From a bacterium (GTDB lineage: Bacteria; Joyebacterota; Joyebacteria; Joyebacterales; Joyebacteraceae): a DNA stretch of 64,000 nucleotides. The stretch covers positions 2,525 through 66,524 of the forward strand of contig JALGWI010000008.1 of assembly GCA_025774245.1 (NCBI GenBank), in the 5' to 3' direction. The position numbers were made by a program, and so were the translations under genes. Positions 45,099 to 55,310 of the stretch are shown piece by piece. Numbering within the stretch: the stretch's first letter is position 1; the number at the start of each line of letters is the position of its first letter. The notes beneath the pieces were generated by a model that ran no database searches, was not told the origin of the DNA, and worked only from the letters and a program-made list of their open reading frames with translations.

Positions 45099-45989
45099 CT
45101 ACATCGCTCTCAGGATCTCGATCCGTTTTTCGACGGCGGGATGGGTGGAGAAGAGGTTGTTCAGGCCGCTCTTGTGTTCCTTGAGCGGGTTCTCGATGTA
45201 GAGGTGGGCCGTCGCCTTGTTGGCGACCTCGAGAGGTTCCTTGTCCATCGCGATCTTCTCGAGGGCGCTCGCGAGCCCCTCGGGGTATCGCGTCAGTCGG
45301 GCGGCGTTGGCGTCGGCCAGGAACTCGCGCCGGCGCGAGATCGCGAGCTTGATGAGCTGGGCGATGAGCGGGGAGAGGACCGCGAGCGCGACCGCCACGA
45401 GCGCGATGATCGCCCCGCCCGAGCCGCCGCTCTTGCGGCTCCTGCTCCTCCCGCCGCCCCAGAAGAAGCTCCGGAGCATCCAGTCGCTCACGAGCGCGAC
45501 CGTGCCGACGAGCACGACGGTCAGCGTCATGAGCAGCGTATCGTAGTCGGCGATGTGCGACATCTCGTGCGCGATCACGCCCTCGAGCTCGACGCGGTTG
45601 AGCTTGCTCATGAGCCCGGTGGTGACGGCGACGGCGGCGTGCTCGGGGTTCCTGCCCGTCGCGAAGGCGTTCGGGGCGCTGTCGTCGATCACGTAGACCT
45701 TCGGCTGCGGAATGCCCGCCGCGATCGAGAGTCCCTCTACGATGTTGGTCAGGAGCGGGAACTCGTCGTGGTGTGCCGGGCGCGCGCGGCTGATCGCGAG
45801 GACCATCTTGTCGCTGTTGTAGTAGCTGGCGAACCCCGCGATCCCGGCGAAGATCGCCGCGAGGATGGGACCCGCCGGGCCCCACCCGGTCGATCGTCCG
45901 AAGATCCAGCCGAGGAAGACCACGAAGAGAAGGAAGAACCCGACGAGGAACGCCGACTTGACTCGGTTGCTGGTGATCTGTTCCCACAT
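45099..45989 (-). CDS. htpX: Heat-shock membrane protease HtpX (M48)
   Basis: HEMSH (IAHEMSHI) zinc motif. Two N-terminal transmembrane helices. Confidence 0.9.
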   Translation of the reverse strand: MWEQITSNRVKSAFLVGFFLLFVVFLGWIFGRSTGWGPAGPILAAIFAGIAGFASYYNSDKMVLAISRARPAHHDEFPLLTNIVEGLSIAAGIPQPKVYVIDDSAPNAFATGRNPEHAAVAVTTGLMSKLNRVELEGVIAHEMSHIADYDTLLMTLTVVLVGTVALVSDWMLRSFFWGGGRSRSRKSGGSGGAIIALVAVALAVLSPLIAQLIKLAISRRREFLADANAARLTRYPEGLASALEKIAMDKEPLEVANKATAHLYIENPLKEHKSGLNNLFSTHPAVEKRIEILRAM

Positions 45990-46065
45990 CGCTCTCTACT
46001 CCGACTCGCCCCGGACGCGAGCGCTCGGGGACGGACGCTCGGACGGGCGGAACCGTGCGCGCGGC

Positions 46066-46236
46066 CTACAGGAAGGGCGTGGTGATCGCGGCCAGGATCA
46101 AGAGACCCGCGGGGATCGCGAGGTTCGGCGGCTTGCCGTCCTCGACCAGCCGCTTCCTGCCCCAGAAGAGTGCCAGCCCGGCGAAGAGGTAGAGGAGCGA
46201 AAGGACGATCTTGATGACTACTCTGCTTGCATCCAT
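46066..46236 (-). CDS. Small two-transmembrane-helix membrane protein (YgaP/DUF2892-like)
   Basis: MDASRVVIKIVLSLLYLFAGLALFWG. GGGAGAAG RBS before the internal ATG; the track ORF extends to 46296. Confidence 0.35.
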   Translation of the reverse strand: MDASRVVIKIVLSLLYLFAGLALFWGRKRLVEDGKPPNLAIPAGLLILAAITTPFL

Positions 46237-46329
46237 CTCAGCTTCTCCCGGATAACGGCGCGCGCTGCTCCCGCATCCGCGGTCGCGACGCGGCACGCCG
46301 GCGAAGGGGCCGGCGCGCGGACGACGTTC

Positions 46330-46872
46330 CTAGAACTCCACCTTGACCGGCTCGCGGTCGGTCTCCGGAACCTCGAAGTACTCGCGCTCCTTGAAGTTGA
46401 ACATGTTGGCAACGACGTTCGACGGGAAGCGCTCGCGCTTGTTGTCGTACTTCAGCACCGTGTCGTTGTAGAACTGCCTGGCGTACGCGATCTTGCTCTC
46501 CGTGCCCGACAGCTCCTCCTGGAGCATCATGAAGTTCTCGTTCGCCTTGAGCTCCGGGTAGTTCTCGGCGACGGCGAAGAGCGTCTTCAAGGCCCCGGTC
46601 AGCATGTTGTTCGCCGCGGCCTGGTCCTTGACTCCCTCCGCCTTCATGAGGGCGCTCCGGGCCTCGGTGACCTTCAGGAACACCTCCTTCTCGTGTTCCA
46701 TGTACCCCTTGACGGTCTCGACGAGGTTCGGGATGAGGTCGGTCCGCCTCTTCAGCTGGACGTCGATCTGCGACCAGGCGTTCTCGATCCGGTTCCTCAG
46801 AACCACGAGGCCGTTGTACGTCGAGATCAGCCAGGCGACGATCACTGCCAGGATGACGAGAATGACAATCAT
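46330..46872 (-). CDS. lemA: LemA family protein
   Basis: N-terminal transmembrane helix. LemA blocks ([36 protein letters not shown]). Confidence 0.8.
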   Translation of the reverse strand: MIVILVILAVIVAWLISTYNGLVVLRNRIENAWSQIDVQLKRRTDLIPNLVETVKGYMEHEKEVFLKVTEARSALMKAEGVKDQAAANNMLTGALKTLFAVAENYPELKANENFMMLQEELSGTESKIAYARQFYNDTVLKYDNKRERFPSNVVANMFNFKEREYFEVPETDREPVKVEF

Positions 46873-47063
46873 CGCGCTGCTCCCCGGTTTCGGTTGGACT
46901 GCTTCGTGCCCCTCGTTAACCAGTACGTCCCGGGGCGCGGCGTATTCGTCGCTGCGCAACCCGACGTATCGTTTATAGGGGGTGTTCCGGGCGTGAGTCA
47001 ACGGGATTCAGCGGGGGAGGCGTGGGCGCGGGAGGCGTCCGCCGTTTCCGGAGCCGGATCTCG

Positions 47064-49541
47064 CTAGAGCCGGGCGCGCCGGAGCCTGAGCGAGTTCGTG
47101 ACGACCGAGACCGACGAGAACGCCATCGCGGCGGCGGCGAAGACCGGCTTGAGGAGGATCCCGAACGCGGGATAGAGCACGCCCGCGGCGATCGGGATGC
47201 CGATCGAGTTGTAGAAGAAGGCCCAGAAGAGGTTCTGCCGGATCGTCGCGATCGTGCGACGCGAGAGCCGGATCGCCTTCACGACCCCGGTGAGGTCGGG
47301 CCGCATGAGCGTGATGTCGGACGCCTCGATGGCGACGTCGGTCCCCGTTCCGATCGCGATGCCGACGTCCGCCTGGGCCAGCGCCGGCGCGTCGTTGATA
47401 CCGTCCCCGACCATGCCGACGAGCCCGCCCTCTTCCTGGAGCCGCACGATCTCGAGGGCCTTGCCCTCGGGCAGGACCTCGGCGATCACGCGGTCGACGC
47501 CGACCTCGTCGCCGATCGCCCGCGCGATCCGCTCGCGGTCGCCCGTCATCATCACGACCGTGATCCCCATTTCGCGAAGCTCGCGGACGGCCTGCCGCGC
47601 CTCGTCCCGGAGCGTGTCGGCGACCCCGACGATGCCGAGGAGGCGTCCGTTCCGGGCGACGAGAAGCGGTGTCCTCCCGCGCGCGGCGATCGACTCCGCC
47701 GTCTCGGTGAGGGAACCGCCCGCGCCCGTCCCGCCTGCCGCCAACGCGCCCCGCTCGCGCAGGAACTCCTCGGTTCCGACCAGGACCGTCGCTTCGCCGA
47801 GCTTCGCCGCGACGCCCTTGCCGGCCGTCGCCTCGAAGTCCGTCGCGCCGGGGATCTCGATCCCGCGCCGCGCGGCGTCCGCGACGACCGCCTGGCCGAG
47901 CGGGTGTTCCGAGCCCCTCTCGACAGCGGCGGCGGCCCTGAGAACATCATCCTCCGTCGCGCCCTCGACGGGAACGACGTCGGTCACCGACATCTCGCCG
48001 CGCGTGAGCGTCCCCGTCTTGTCGAGGACGATCGTGGTGAGCTTGTGCGCGGTCTCGAGCGTCTCGCCGCCCTTGATGAGTATGCCCATCTCGGCCCCGC
48101 GTCCGGTTCCCACCATGATCGCCGTCGGCGTGGCGAGCCCCATGGCGCACGGGCACGCGATGATGAGGACCGCGACGAAGCTCAGGAGCGCCGTCACCGC
48201 CGCCGGCTCCGGTCCGAAGAAGAGCCAGACGAGGAAGGTGACGACGGCGATCCCGATCACCGTCGGGACGAAGATCCCCGCGACCCTGTCGGCGAGGCGC
48301 TGGATCGGGGCCTTCGAGCCCTGCGCGTCCTCGACCATCTTGATGATGTGCGCGAGGACGGTCTCCTTGCCGGTGCGCGTCGCGCGGAACTCGAAGCTGC
48401 CGGTCGCGTTGAGGGTGGCGCCGATGACCTCGTCGCCGACGTCCTTGTCGACCGGGATGCTCTCGCCGGTCAGCATCGACTCGTCGACGGCCGAGGCGCC
48501 GCGTGTGACGACGCCGTCGACCGGGATCTTCTCGCCGGGGCGGACGAGGACGACGTCGCCCGGCGCGACCTCTTCCACCGGGATCTCGACCTCGCCGCCG
48601 TCTCGAAGGACCGTCGCGGTCTTGGGAGCGAGGTCGGCCAGACGCCGGATGGCCTGCGACGCCCTTCCTCTCGCGCGCCTCTCGAGATAGCGCCCGAGGA
48701 GGATGAGCGTGATGATCATCGTGCTCGTGTCGAAGTAGACGTGGACACCGCCCCCGGTCCCCGCGAAGAGCCGGGGCGCGAACGTGGCGACGACGCTGTA
48801 CGCGTACGCGGCCGACGTTCCCACCGCGACGAGTGTGTTCATGTCGGCGGTCCCGTGCTTCGTCGCCGCCCAGAATCCCTTGAAGAACGGGAGGCCCGCC
48901 CAGAACATGACGGGCGTCGCGAGGAGGAAGAGGATGGTGTGTCGGATCTGAACCGGGATCCCCGTGACGAACGGGAAGAGCATCGGCATGCTGCCGATGA
49001 AGACCAGCACGGAGAGAACGGCCGCGCCGATGAGGCGCGTCCGAAGGTCGGACAGCTCCCGGGCCTCGCGCTTCTCGCGCGTCGTGGCCCAGTCGGCGTC
49101 TGTCGCCCCCGTCTCCTTCTCGATGATCCTGTAGTCGCCCGCCGCGACCGCGGCCTCGCGCACGTCGTCCATCGTGATGGTGCCCGGGACGATCTCGGTG
49201 GTGATGCCGCCCGTCGCGAGGTTGACACTTGCGGAGACGACGCCCGGGACGAGGAGCAGCTTGTCCTCGATCTTCTTCACGCACGAGGCGCAGGAGATGC
49301 CTTCGACCTCGGCCTCGATACGGTCGAGACCGACGCCGTATCCCGCGTCGCGGACGGCGGCCGCGATGTCGCCGGCCTTCGTCTCGGAGGGATCGAAGGC
49401 GATCCGCGCGCTGTTCGTCGCGAGGTTGACGGTGGCCTCGGCGACGCCCGGCACGCCGGCGATCGCCCGTTCGACGCGGCGCACGCAGGCCGCACACGTC
49501 ATGCCGGTGACCGGCAGGGTGATCTCGACCTTCTCCTTCAT
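47064..49541 (-). CDS. copA: Copper-translocating P1B-type ATPase with two N-terminal HMA domains
   Basis: [12 protein letters not shown] and [12 protein letters not shown] metal-binding motifs. CPC ([14 protein letters not shown]), [27 protein letters not shown] before the ATG at 49541. Confidence 0.9.
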   Translation of the reverse strand: MKEKVEITLPVTGMTCAACVRRVERAIAGVPGVAEATVNLATNSARIAFDPSETKAGDIAAAVRDAGYGVGLDRIEAEVEGISCASCVKKIEDKLLLVPGVVSASVNLATGGITTEIVPGTITMDDVREAAVAAGDYRIIEKETGATDADWATTREKREARELSDLRTRLIGAAVLSVLVFIGSMPMLFPFVTGIPVQIRHTILFLLATPVMFWAGLPFFKGFWAATKHGTADMNTLVAVGTSAAYAYSVVATFAPRLFAGTGGGVHVYFDTSTMIITLILLGRYLERRARGRASQAIRRLADLAPKTATVLRDGGEVEIPVEEVAPGDVVLVRPGEKIPVDGVVTRGASAVDESMLTGESIPVDKDVGDEVIGATLNATGSFEFRATRTGKETVLAHIIKMVEDAQGSKAPIQRLADRVAGIFVPTVIGIAVVTFLVWLFFGPEPAAVTALLSFVAVLIIACPCAMGLATPTAIMVGTGRGAEMGILIKGGETLETAHKLTTIVLDKTGTLTRGEMSVTDVVPVEGATEDDVLRAAAAVERGSEHPLGQAVVADAARRGIEIPGATDFEATAGKGVAAKLGEATVLVGTEEFLRERGALAAGGTGAGGSLTETAESIAARGRTPLLVARNGRLLGIVGVADTLRDEARQAVRELREMGITVVMMTGDRERIARAIGDEVGVDRVIAEVLPEGKALEIVRLQEEGGLVGMVGDGINDAPALAQADVGIAIGTGTDVAIEASDITLMRPDLTGVVKAIRLSRRTIATIRQNLFWAFFYNSIGIPIAAGVLYPAFGILLKPVFAAAAMAFSSVSVVTNSLRLRRARL

Positions 49542-49679
49542 GCCGCCACCTCCCGGGGTCTTCATCGTCGCCGCGGCCGGTCCGCCAGGCTCCGCCGTGG
49601 GCGTTCTTGACACCGCCCGGCTCCCGCGGTTATCATCCTCATACTACCGCTCGCCGCGAACCCGACAAAGGACATCGCC

Positions 49680-50072
49680 GTGCTGAAGTCGTTCTCCGTC
49701 AGGACGAGGTCGAGGACGCAGTTCGTCAACATCACACCCGAGGTCGAAGAGGCCGTCGCCGAGTTCGGCCTCACCGACGGCGCCGTCCTCGTCTACGTCC
49801 CGCACACCACCGCCGCCGTCACGATCAACGAGAGCGCGGACCCGGACGTGGTTCGCGACCTGAACGGCAAGCTCTCCGAGCTCGTTCCCTCGTCGCCGAA
49901 CTACTTCCACGCCGAGGGAAACTCCGACGCGCACATCAAGTCGACGCTCGTCGGGTGTTCGGAGACGATCCTCGTCAGGGACGGAGCCCTGGTGTTCGGG
50001 ACCTGGCAGGGGATCTTCTTCTGCGAGTTCGACGGCCCGAGGACGCGGCGGGTCGTCGTCGGGACGCTCTGA
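49680..50072 (+). CDS. YjbQ/UPF0047 family protein (secondary thiamine-phosphate synthase-like)
   Basis: 130 aa. Conserved VPHTTAAVTINE and HIKSTLVG blocks. Confidence 0.8.
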   Translation: MLKSFSVRTRSRTQFVNITPEVEEAVAEFGLTDGAVLVYVPHTTAAVTINESADPDVVRDLNGKLSELVPSSPNYFHAEGNSDAHIKSTLVGCSETILVRDGALVFGTWQGIFFCEFDGPRTRRVVVGTL

Positions 50073-50166
50073 GTCGGCGTCAGGACTCTTACGACCGATA
50101 GTAACCACGGTGGACGCGAGGTCAAGCGTCCGCTGACGACGTGCGAAGGGAGAGGAGGTCGGTATC

Positions 50167-50784
50167 ATGAGAACCACGGCATGCGCGATCCTGGCGGTGT
50201 CGGTGCTCCTCCTGGCGGCCGGATTCGCCGGCGCCGACGAGGTGACCGACGCGATCGGTCAGGCGTCCGCCGCGTACTCGGGCGGCGACTACAAGGAAGC
50301 GAGCACGCAGCTCCAGACGGCGCTCATCGGGGTGAACCAGCAGCTGATCGATCTTCTGCTGGAGCAGTTCCCCGATCCGCCTTCCGGATGGACGGCCGAC
50401 GAGCCCGAGAGCATGGACGCGTCGATGATCGGAGCGTCGTTCTTCGCAGGTCTCGTCGTATCGCGCGACTACCACCCGCCGTCCGGGTCGACGGTCGAGC
50501 TCACCGTCGCCGCGAACTCCCCGATGCTCGCGATGCTCCGGAGCTTCATCGGGAACCCGATGCTCGCGGCGATGACCGGGCAGTCCGGCATGAAGAAGAT
50601 CTCGGCCTGCGGCTTCGACGCGATCGAGCAGGCGGACGAGGAGAGCGGGTCTTTCGACCTGCACGTGCTCGCAGGGAACGCGACCCTGGTGAGTTACTCG
50701 GGTCAGACCGCCGACGACATGCCGCACATCCACACGCTGGTCGGCGGCACGGACTGCCAGGGGTTCGTCGACGTCGTGGAGTAG
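50167..50784 (+). CDS. Hypothetical secreted protein
   Basis: Signal peptide MRTTACAILAVSVLLLAAGFAGA. No recognisable domain. Confidence 0.5.
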   Translation: MRTTACAILAVSVLLLAAGFAGADEVTDAIGQASAAYSGGDYKEASTQLQTALIGVNQQLIDLLLEQFPDPPSGWTADEPESMDASMIGASFFAGLVVSRDYHPPSGSTVELTVAANSPMLAMLRSFIGNPMLAAMTGQSGMKKISACGFDAIEQADEESGSFDLHVLAGNATLVSYSGQTADDMPHIHTLVGGTDCQGFVDVVE

Positions 50785-50915
50785 AGGTCGACCGGGCGGC
50801 GCCGAGCGCCAACCGATCACCGTTGGACAACACCAGATAACACCGGGCGGCCCCACCGAAAGGCGGGGCCGCCCGATTCTCTTGTCTTGTCGCCGGCCGC
50901 GGCCGTCGGGCGCGG

Positions 50916-51959
50916 TCAGGTTCCTTCCTCTTCCTTCCGCCTGCCGGTCCTCTTCCAGATGAGCCACCCGCCCCAGATCGCGAGGGCGACCGTGCAGGCG
51001 AGCCCCGCCTCGGGCCCGTAGCTTCCCCCCGTCAGCCGTGAGTCCGGGTCGACCTCGACCACGTTCAGCACACCGTAGATGGGAAGCCCGCTCACGGGGA
51101 GCGAGTAGAGATAGCCGAGCGAGAAGTTCCACGCGAAGTGGAAGCCGACGGGCATCCAGAGCGACTGCGTGCGGAAGTAGAGGACGCAGAGGATGACGCC
51201 GATGATCGTCGTGTTGAAGATCCCGAACGCGTCGGCGCCTGGGTTCGCGCCGTGCAGAACCGCGAAGACGATCGACGAGATGATCGTCGCGACGACCTTG
51301 CTCGCGCGCTCGCTCAGCCGCTGAAGGATGTAGCCCCGGAACATCACCTCCTCGTAGAGCCCCACCACGAAGAAGGCGACGATCGCTCCGAGAAGGTACA
51401 GGGCGATCGGCGTTCCCTCCGGCGCCGGGCGCGCGAATCCCTCCACCCGGACCTGATCGATCGCGATCGAGAACGTGAAGATGACCCCGAGGATGAGGAG
51501 CGCGAGCGCGGCGCCCTTCGCGAAGTCTGAAGCCCAGCCCCGCTTGAAGTAGAGCCCGAGGCTCACGAGCGGCTTCCTGTCCACGATCCACATGAAGGCC
51601 CACGTGTAGAGGATCGTGTAGAGCCCCGTGATGATGGCGAGAGGGAAGAGGTACGGAGAGATGTACTCGAGGATCTCCTCGATGTTCATCGTCGGCGTGA
51701 TGGAATCGAGCGGCGTCGAGTCGATGACGCCGAAGCCTATCAGGATCCCGGCGATCATCGCGAAGAAGATCGAGACGACGATGCCGACGACGAAGTAGCC
51801 GACGAGGTAGAGGATGACCTTCCCGTAGGGACCTGGACCGCGTCGCACCGGGGGCGGCATGGGCGTCGCTTCGGGCGGGGCCTCGAGGGTCGCTTCGTGC
51901 TCCTCGGGACCTCCGGTCTCGCGGTAGGTCGGTTCCTCGTCGTGCTCGGGGGAGTTCAT
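50916..51959 (-). CDS. CPBP family intramembrane metalloprotease (CAAX protease-like)
   Basis: EEVMFRGY, FAVLHG and HFAWNF motifs. Multiple transmembrane helices. Acidic N-terminal tail. Confidence 0.75.
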   Translation of the reverse strand: MNSPEHDEEPTYRETGGPEEHEATLEAPPEATPMPPPVRRGPGPYGKVILYLVGYFVVGIVVSIFFAMIAGILIGFGVIDSTPLDSITPTMNIEEILEYISPYLFPLAIITGLYTILYTWAFMWIVDRKPLVSLGLYFKRGWASDFAKGAALALLILGVIFTFSIAIDQVRVEGFARPAPEGTPIALYLLGAIVAFFVVGLYEEVMFRGYILQRLSERASKVVATIISSIVFAVLHGANPGADAFGIFNTTIIGVILCVLYFRTQSLWMPVGFHFAWNFSLGYLYSLPVSGLPIYGVLNVVEVDPDSRLTGGSYGPEAGLACTVALAIWGGWLIWKRTGRRKEEEGT

Positions 51960-52151
51960 GGATGCCTCCGCTCAGGGCCGCGTGGGGGACGCGCTCACCG
52001 TCGACGCAGTGACGGAGAGGCGGCGTCCCGGACGCTCAGATGATAGCCGCGCGGAGGCGATGGCTGCAAGTTCGTTCGGTGAAGTTGGGGACGGTGCGGT
52101 GCGGGCCTGGCAGGCGTCAGGTCGCTGGAGTATCGACCGTGTGGCGGGGTG

Positions 52152-52778
52152 TCATCGCTGCGAACTCTTGAGCTCGCTGAGGCTCGACGCTCCGTCCGGG
52201 AGCGCCGGAGGAGGCCCGGTGTCGTACCACCTGGTGACGTCCCACAGTAGTTCGCCGCTCGAGCTGACGGTGTCCGGGTCGGCCCGGAACCGAAACTCGC
52301 TGTCGCCGACGACGTACCACGCCGGATGGTCGGGATCCTCGAAGACGATCTCGAGATCGACGTCGACGACATAGTGCCACGCGTCATCGGTCGGATCGTA
52401 GGGATCGGGGCCCTCCTGGAACTGGACAGACACCGCCTCAATGTCGAGAGAGATCTCGGCGATGCCACCGTCGGGACCGAACATGTCCTCGTGGATCTCG
52501 CGCTCGGTCTCTCTGTCCCAGCAGGGAGGGAGCGGGTTGTTCGGGTCGTTCTGATCGTAGGAGGGACAGAACAGGAAGTCCTCCGCGAGGCAGTCCATGT
52601 AGGCGTCGCAGTCCATGTTCCTGAAAGCCCGCTCGATCTTGGTGAGGACGTTGTCCGGGGTCGTGCGCTCGGGGTATCCGGTGTCCTCGGTGTCCCCGGG
52701 CCCGCTCGTCGAGCCGCAGCCTGCGACGAGCGTCGCGACGATCGCGATCAGGATCCAGACGGAAACGCGTGTCGTCAC
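52152..52778 (-). CDS. NTF2/SnoaL-like lipoprotein, paralog 1 of a tandem array
   Basis: Lipobox LVAGCGS. Conserved YPERTTPDNVL...MDCDAYMDCLAEDF block. ~75% identical at the N-terminus to the next gene. Confidence 0.6.
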   Translation of the reverse strand: MTTRVSVWILIAIVATLVAGCGSTSGPGDTEDTGYPERTTPDNVLTKIERAFRNMDCDAYMDCLAEDFLFCPSYDQNDPNNPLPPCWDRETEREIHEDMFGPDGGIAEISLDIEAVSVQFQEGPDPYDPTDDAWHYVVDVDLEIVFEDPDHPAWYVVGDSEFRFRADPDTVSSSGELLWDVTRWYDTGPPPALPDGASSLSELKSSQR

Positions 52779-52803
52779 GTGTTGTCCTCCCGGTGGACGG
52801 CCG

Positions 52804-53433
52804 TCACCGGAATGCGGCCTTGAGTTTTCCCCAACTCCACGACTCTACTCTCTCGCCAGCCCAGTAGTCGAGCTCCCTCCACTCTACGATCTCCCAGAGG
52901 TTCTCTCCGCCTGGTCCGACTTGGCTCTCGTCGACCTGGAGCAGGAATCGCTGGTCCCCGTATCCGAGGTAGACGAGGGGGTCATCGGGGATCGCGACGA
53001 AGGCCCGGATGTCTGCCTCCGCGACGTACACCCACCGGCCGTCATTGCTCTCGGGATCGGAACCGGGATCAAACTCGGCAGTCTGCGTCGCCAGGTAGAT
53101 CACGATCCGATTGATCTCCGGCCCTGGCCCAAACATGTTCTCGTGGATCCTGCGCTCGGCTTCCCGATCCCATGACGGAGGAAGAGGATCGACCCAGCCG
53201 AACTGATCTTCCAGAGACGGGATGAAGACGAAGTCCTCGGCGAGGCAGTCCATGTACGCCTCGCAGTCCATGTCCTCGTAGGCCTGCTTGAGCTTGGCGA
53301 GGACGTTGTCCGGGGTCGTGCGCTCGGGGTATCCGGTGTCCTCGGTGTCGCCGGGTCCGCTCGTCGAGCTGCAGCCGGCGACGAGCGTCGCGGCGATCGC
53401 GATCAGTATCCAGACGGGAACGCGTGTCGTCAC
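52804..53433 (-). CDS. NTF2/SnoaL-like lipoprotein, paralog 2
   Basis: Lipobox LVAGCSS. Same conserved blocks. Confidence 0.6.
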   Translation of the reverse strand: MTTRVPVWILIAIAATLVAGCSSTSGPGDTEDTGYPERTTPDNVLAKLKQAYEDMDCEAYMDCLAEDFVFIPSLEDQFGWVDPLPPSWDREAERRIHENMFGPGPEINRIVIYLATQTAEFDPGSDPESNDGRWVYVAEADIRAFVAIPDDPLVYLGYGDQRFLLQVDESQVGPGGENLWEIVEWRELDYWAGERVESWSWGKLKAAFR

Positions 53434-53458
53434 GGGTCGTCCTCCTGGTGGAACAGCG

Positions 53459-54253
53459 TCACCGGTACATGGCCTTGATGCTGCCCCAGGTCGAGTCCTC
53501 TACTCTCTCGCCGGCGCGCTCCTCGACGTCCCACCACTCGACGATCTCCCAGAGGTCCTCGCCGCCCTGTCCGACCTGATCGGGATCGACCTGGAGCAGG
53601 AACCGCTGGTCCGCGGTCGCGAGGTAGATGAGATAATCGTCGGGGAGCGGGATGAGGAGCCTGAGATCGATCGCCTCGACGTAGTCCCACGTGTCGTCGG
53701 CCGTGCTCCCTGGGTCCGCTCCTGGGTCGAACTCGGAGGTCTGCGTCGACAGATCGAGCGTGATGCGAGCGACATCGCTGTCGGGCCCGAACATGTTCTC
53801 GTGGATCGTCCGCTCCTCCTCCTTGTCCCAATCGGGCGGCAGAGGGCTGTTCGGGTCGTTCTGATCGGCCTCAGCTGTGTGGAACACGAAGTCCTCGGCG
53901 AGGCAATCGAGGTACGCGTAGAGGTTCATGTTCTCGTAGGCGGCCGCGAGCCGGGCCAGACAGTTCTCCGGCGTCGTGCGCTCGGGGTACTCGGGCTCCT
54001 CGACACCGATGCGGTGGAACGAGTGCTTGAGTCGTCCCCAGGTGGTCTCCGCCCGTCCGGCGCCGGTGAACGACGGGACGTCGTCCCACTCGGCGATCTC
54101 CCACAGCGTCTCACCCTCGGGGCCTGTGTCGATCGGGTCCTGTTCGATCAGGAGAACGGCGCCGCCCGCGACGGTGTAGGTCAACCCGTCGTCGATCCGA
54201 ACGCTGAGGTCCACGTCCTCGCTGTACTCCCAGGCGACCGTGTCTCCGGGCAC
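53459..54253 (-). CDS. NTF2-like paralog 3 in frame with the C-terminal region of paralog 4. It lacks its own signal peptide and is probably part of a frameshifted tandem-fusion gene.
   Basis: The first ~80 aa align to the C-terminal third of paralogs 1 and 2 (AWEYSEDVDL...LWEIAEWDDV). A second copy starting YPERTTPENCL... then follows without a stop. Confidence 0.45.
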   Translation of the reverse strand: MPGDTVAWEYSEDVDLSVRIDDGLTYTVAGGAVLLIEQDPIDTGPEGETLWEIAEWDDVPSFTGAGRAETTWGRLKHSFHRIGVEEPEYPERTTPENCLARLAAAYENMNLYAYLDCLAEDFVFHTAEADQNDPNSPLPPDWDKEEERTIHENMFGPDSDVARITLDLSTQTSEFDPGADPGSTADDTWDYVEAIDLRLLIPLPDDYLIYLATADQRFLLQVDPDQVGQGGEDLWEIVEWWDVEERAGERVEDSTWGSIKAMYR

Positions 54254-54684
54254 TGCCCCAGTGTCAGGACGATGCTCCTCGCGGCCTCGTCACTCACGAA
54301 CAGGTTCCAGTGGATCGTCTCCTCGACGGCCGCGTTCCAGAAGAGCGGTATGTTCGGATCGCCGGTGCAGTCGTCCTCGTTCGGGAAGAAGAGGAAGTCG
54401 TCCGACAGGCAGTCGAGGTACGCGCCCTGGTCTCTGTTCCCGTATGCGGCGACGAGCTTCTCGATGACGCCCGCTGGGGTGGTCCTCAGGGCGTACTCGA
54501 CGTCACCGTCACAGCCGCACGGTGCAGTCGTCGACGTGCAGGAGCCGAGCAGGAAGACGAGAGGGACGAGCATCGCAAGTGCTGAGCAGGTTCTTCGCAT
54601 GGCGGTCTCCGTCGGCTGGGTGCGATCTCGGGGGTGGGGTCGGTGAGCACGACACATTATCTCACACCTCGGGGCGTTGGTCAA
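54181..54684 (-). CDS. NTF2-like lipoprotein paralog 4 N-terminal part. The reading frame breaks near 54240 (apparent 1-nt frameshift into the 53459..54253 frame).
   Basis: Signal peptide plus lipobox LLGSCTS. Conserved domain up to ...IVLTLGQ, after which translation diverges. The paralog-like continuation is in the adjacent frame. Confidence 0.45.
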   Translation of the reverse strand: MTNAPRCEIMCRAHRPHPRDRTQPTETAMRRTCSALAMLVPLVFLLGSCTSTTAPCGCDGDVEYALRTTPAGVIEKLVAAYGNRDQGAYLDCLSDDFLFFPNEDDCTGDPNIPLFWNAAVEETIHWNLFVSDEAARSIVLTLGQCPETRSPGSTARTWTSAFGSTTG

Positions 54685-55310
54685 ACCGCGGGGCAGGCTC
54701 CCCAGCGTTCACACCACCCCCGCCACAACGGCCCGGGACCGCCTGGAGAGACCCCGCCGCGGCCCCGGGTGTCGACCGGGTTGACACCCGATCGGCCGCT
54801 CCGTCGCGTTTCGCGAGGGGCCCCGCGACCGCGCGTTCCTAACCCCGTGCCGCGCCACAGGTTCCGCCGTTCGTCACGAACGGAGCGGCTCGGGAACCCA
54901 CCTGGCACGCCCCTTGTTATTACAGGGGGGTGAGCGCTTGCGTTCCGCGCGGAACGGGGGAGGAGCTGGGCGGGGCTGGCCCGAAAAGGGGCGGGGCAGT
55001 TCCTGCCCGGCACCTGCCGAAGACCGCGCGGCACGGGGCGTCACGGCACGCCCGGGCGCCGCCCGCACCTCTGCCGTCCCCGCACGCCGCCCTCGAAGTG
55101 CCGCCCGCCGTCGTCCTTCCCGAGAATCGCCTTGCGGACCCATTCCGTGTTGAGTAAACTCTCGCGAGCGACGTCTTTATCTAGCGGACGCCGCTTGCGA
55201 ACGCACGGGGCGGCCGGGCTCTGTCCGGCCGGCCTGCACATCTCCGCACTGCTACCCGGGCACCAAGGCTCCGAGAGGCGCCGAGACCGGCCTCTCTCGA
55301 GGAGGACCCG

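Noticed and set aside
47022-49610. 862-aa + strand ORF
   Set aside because: Antisense to copA, which has CPC, DKTGT and HMA motifs. Arg-rich shadow ORF.
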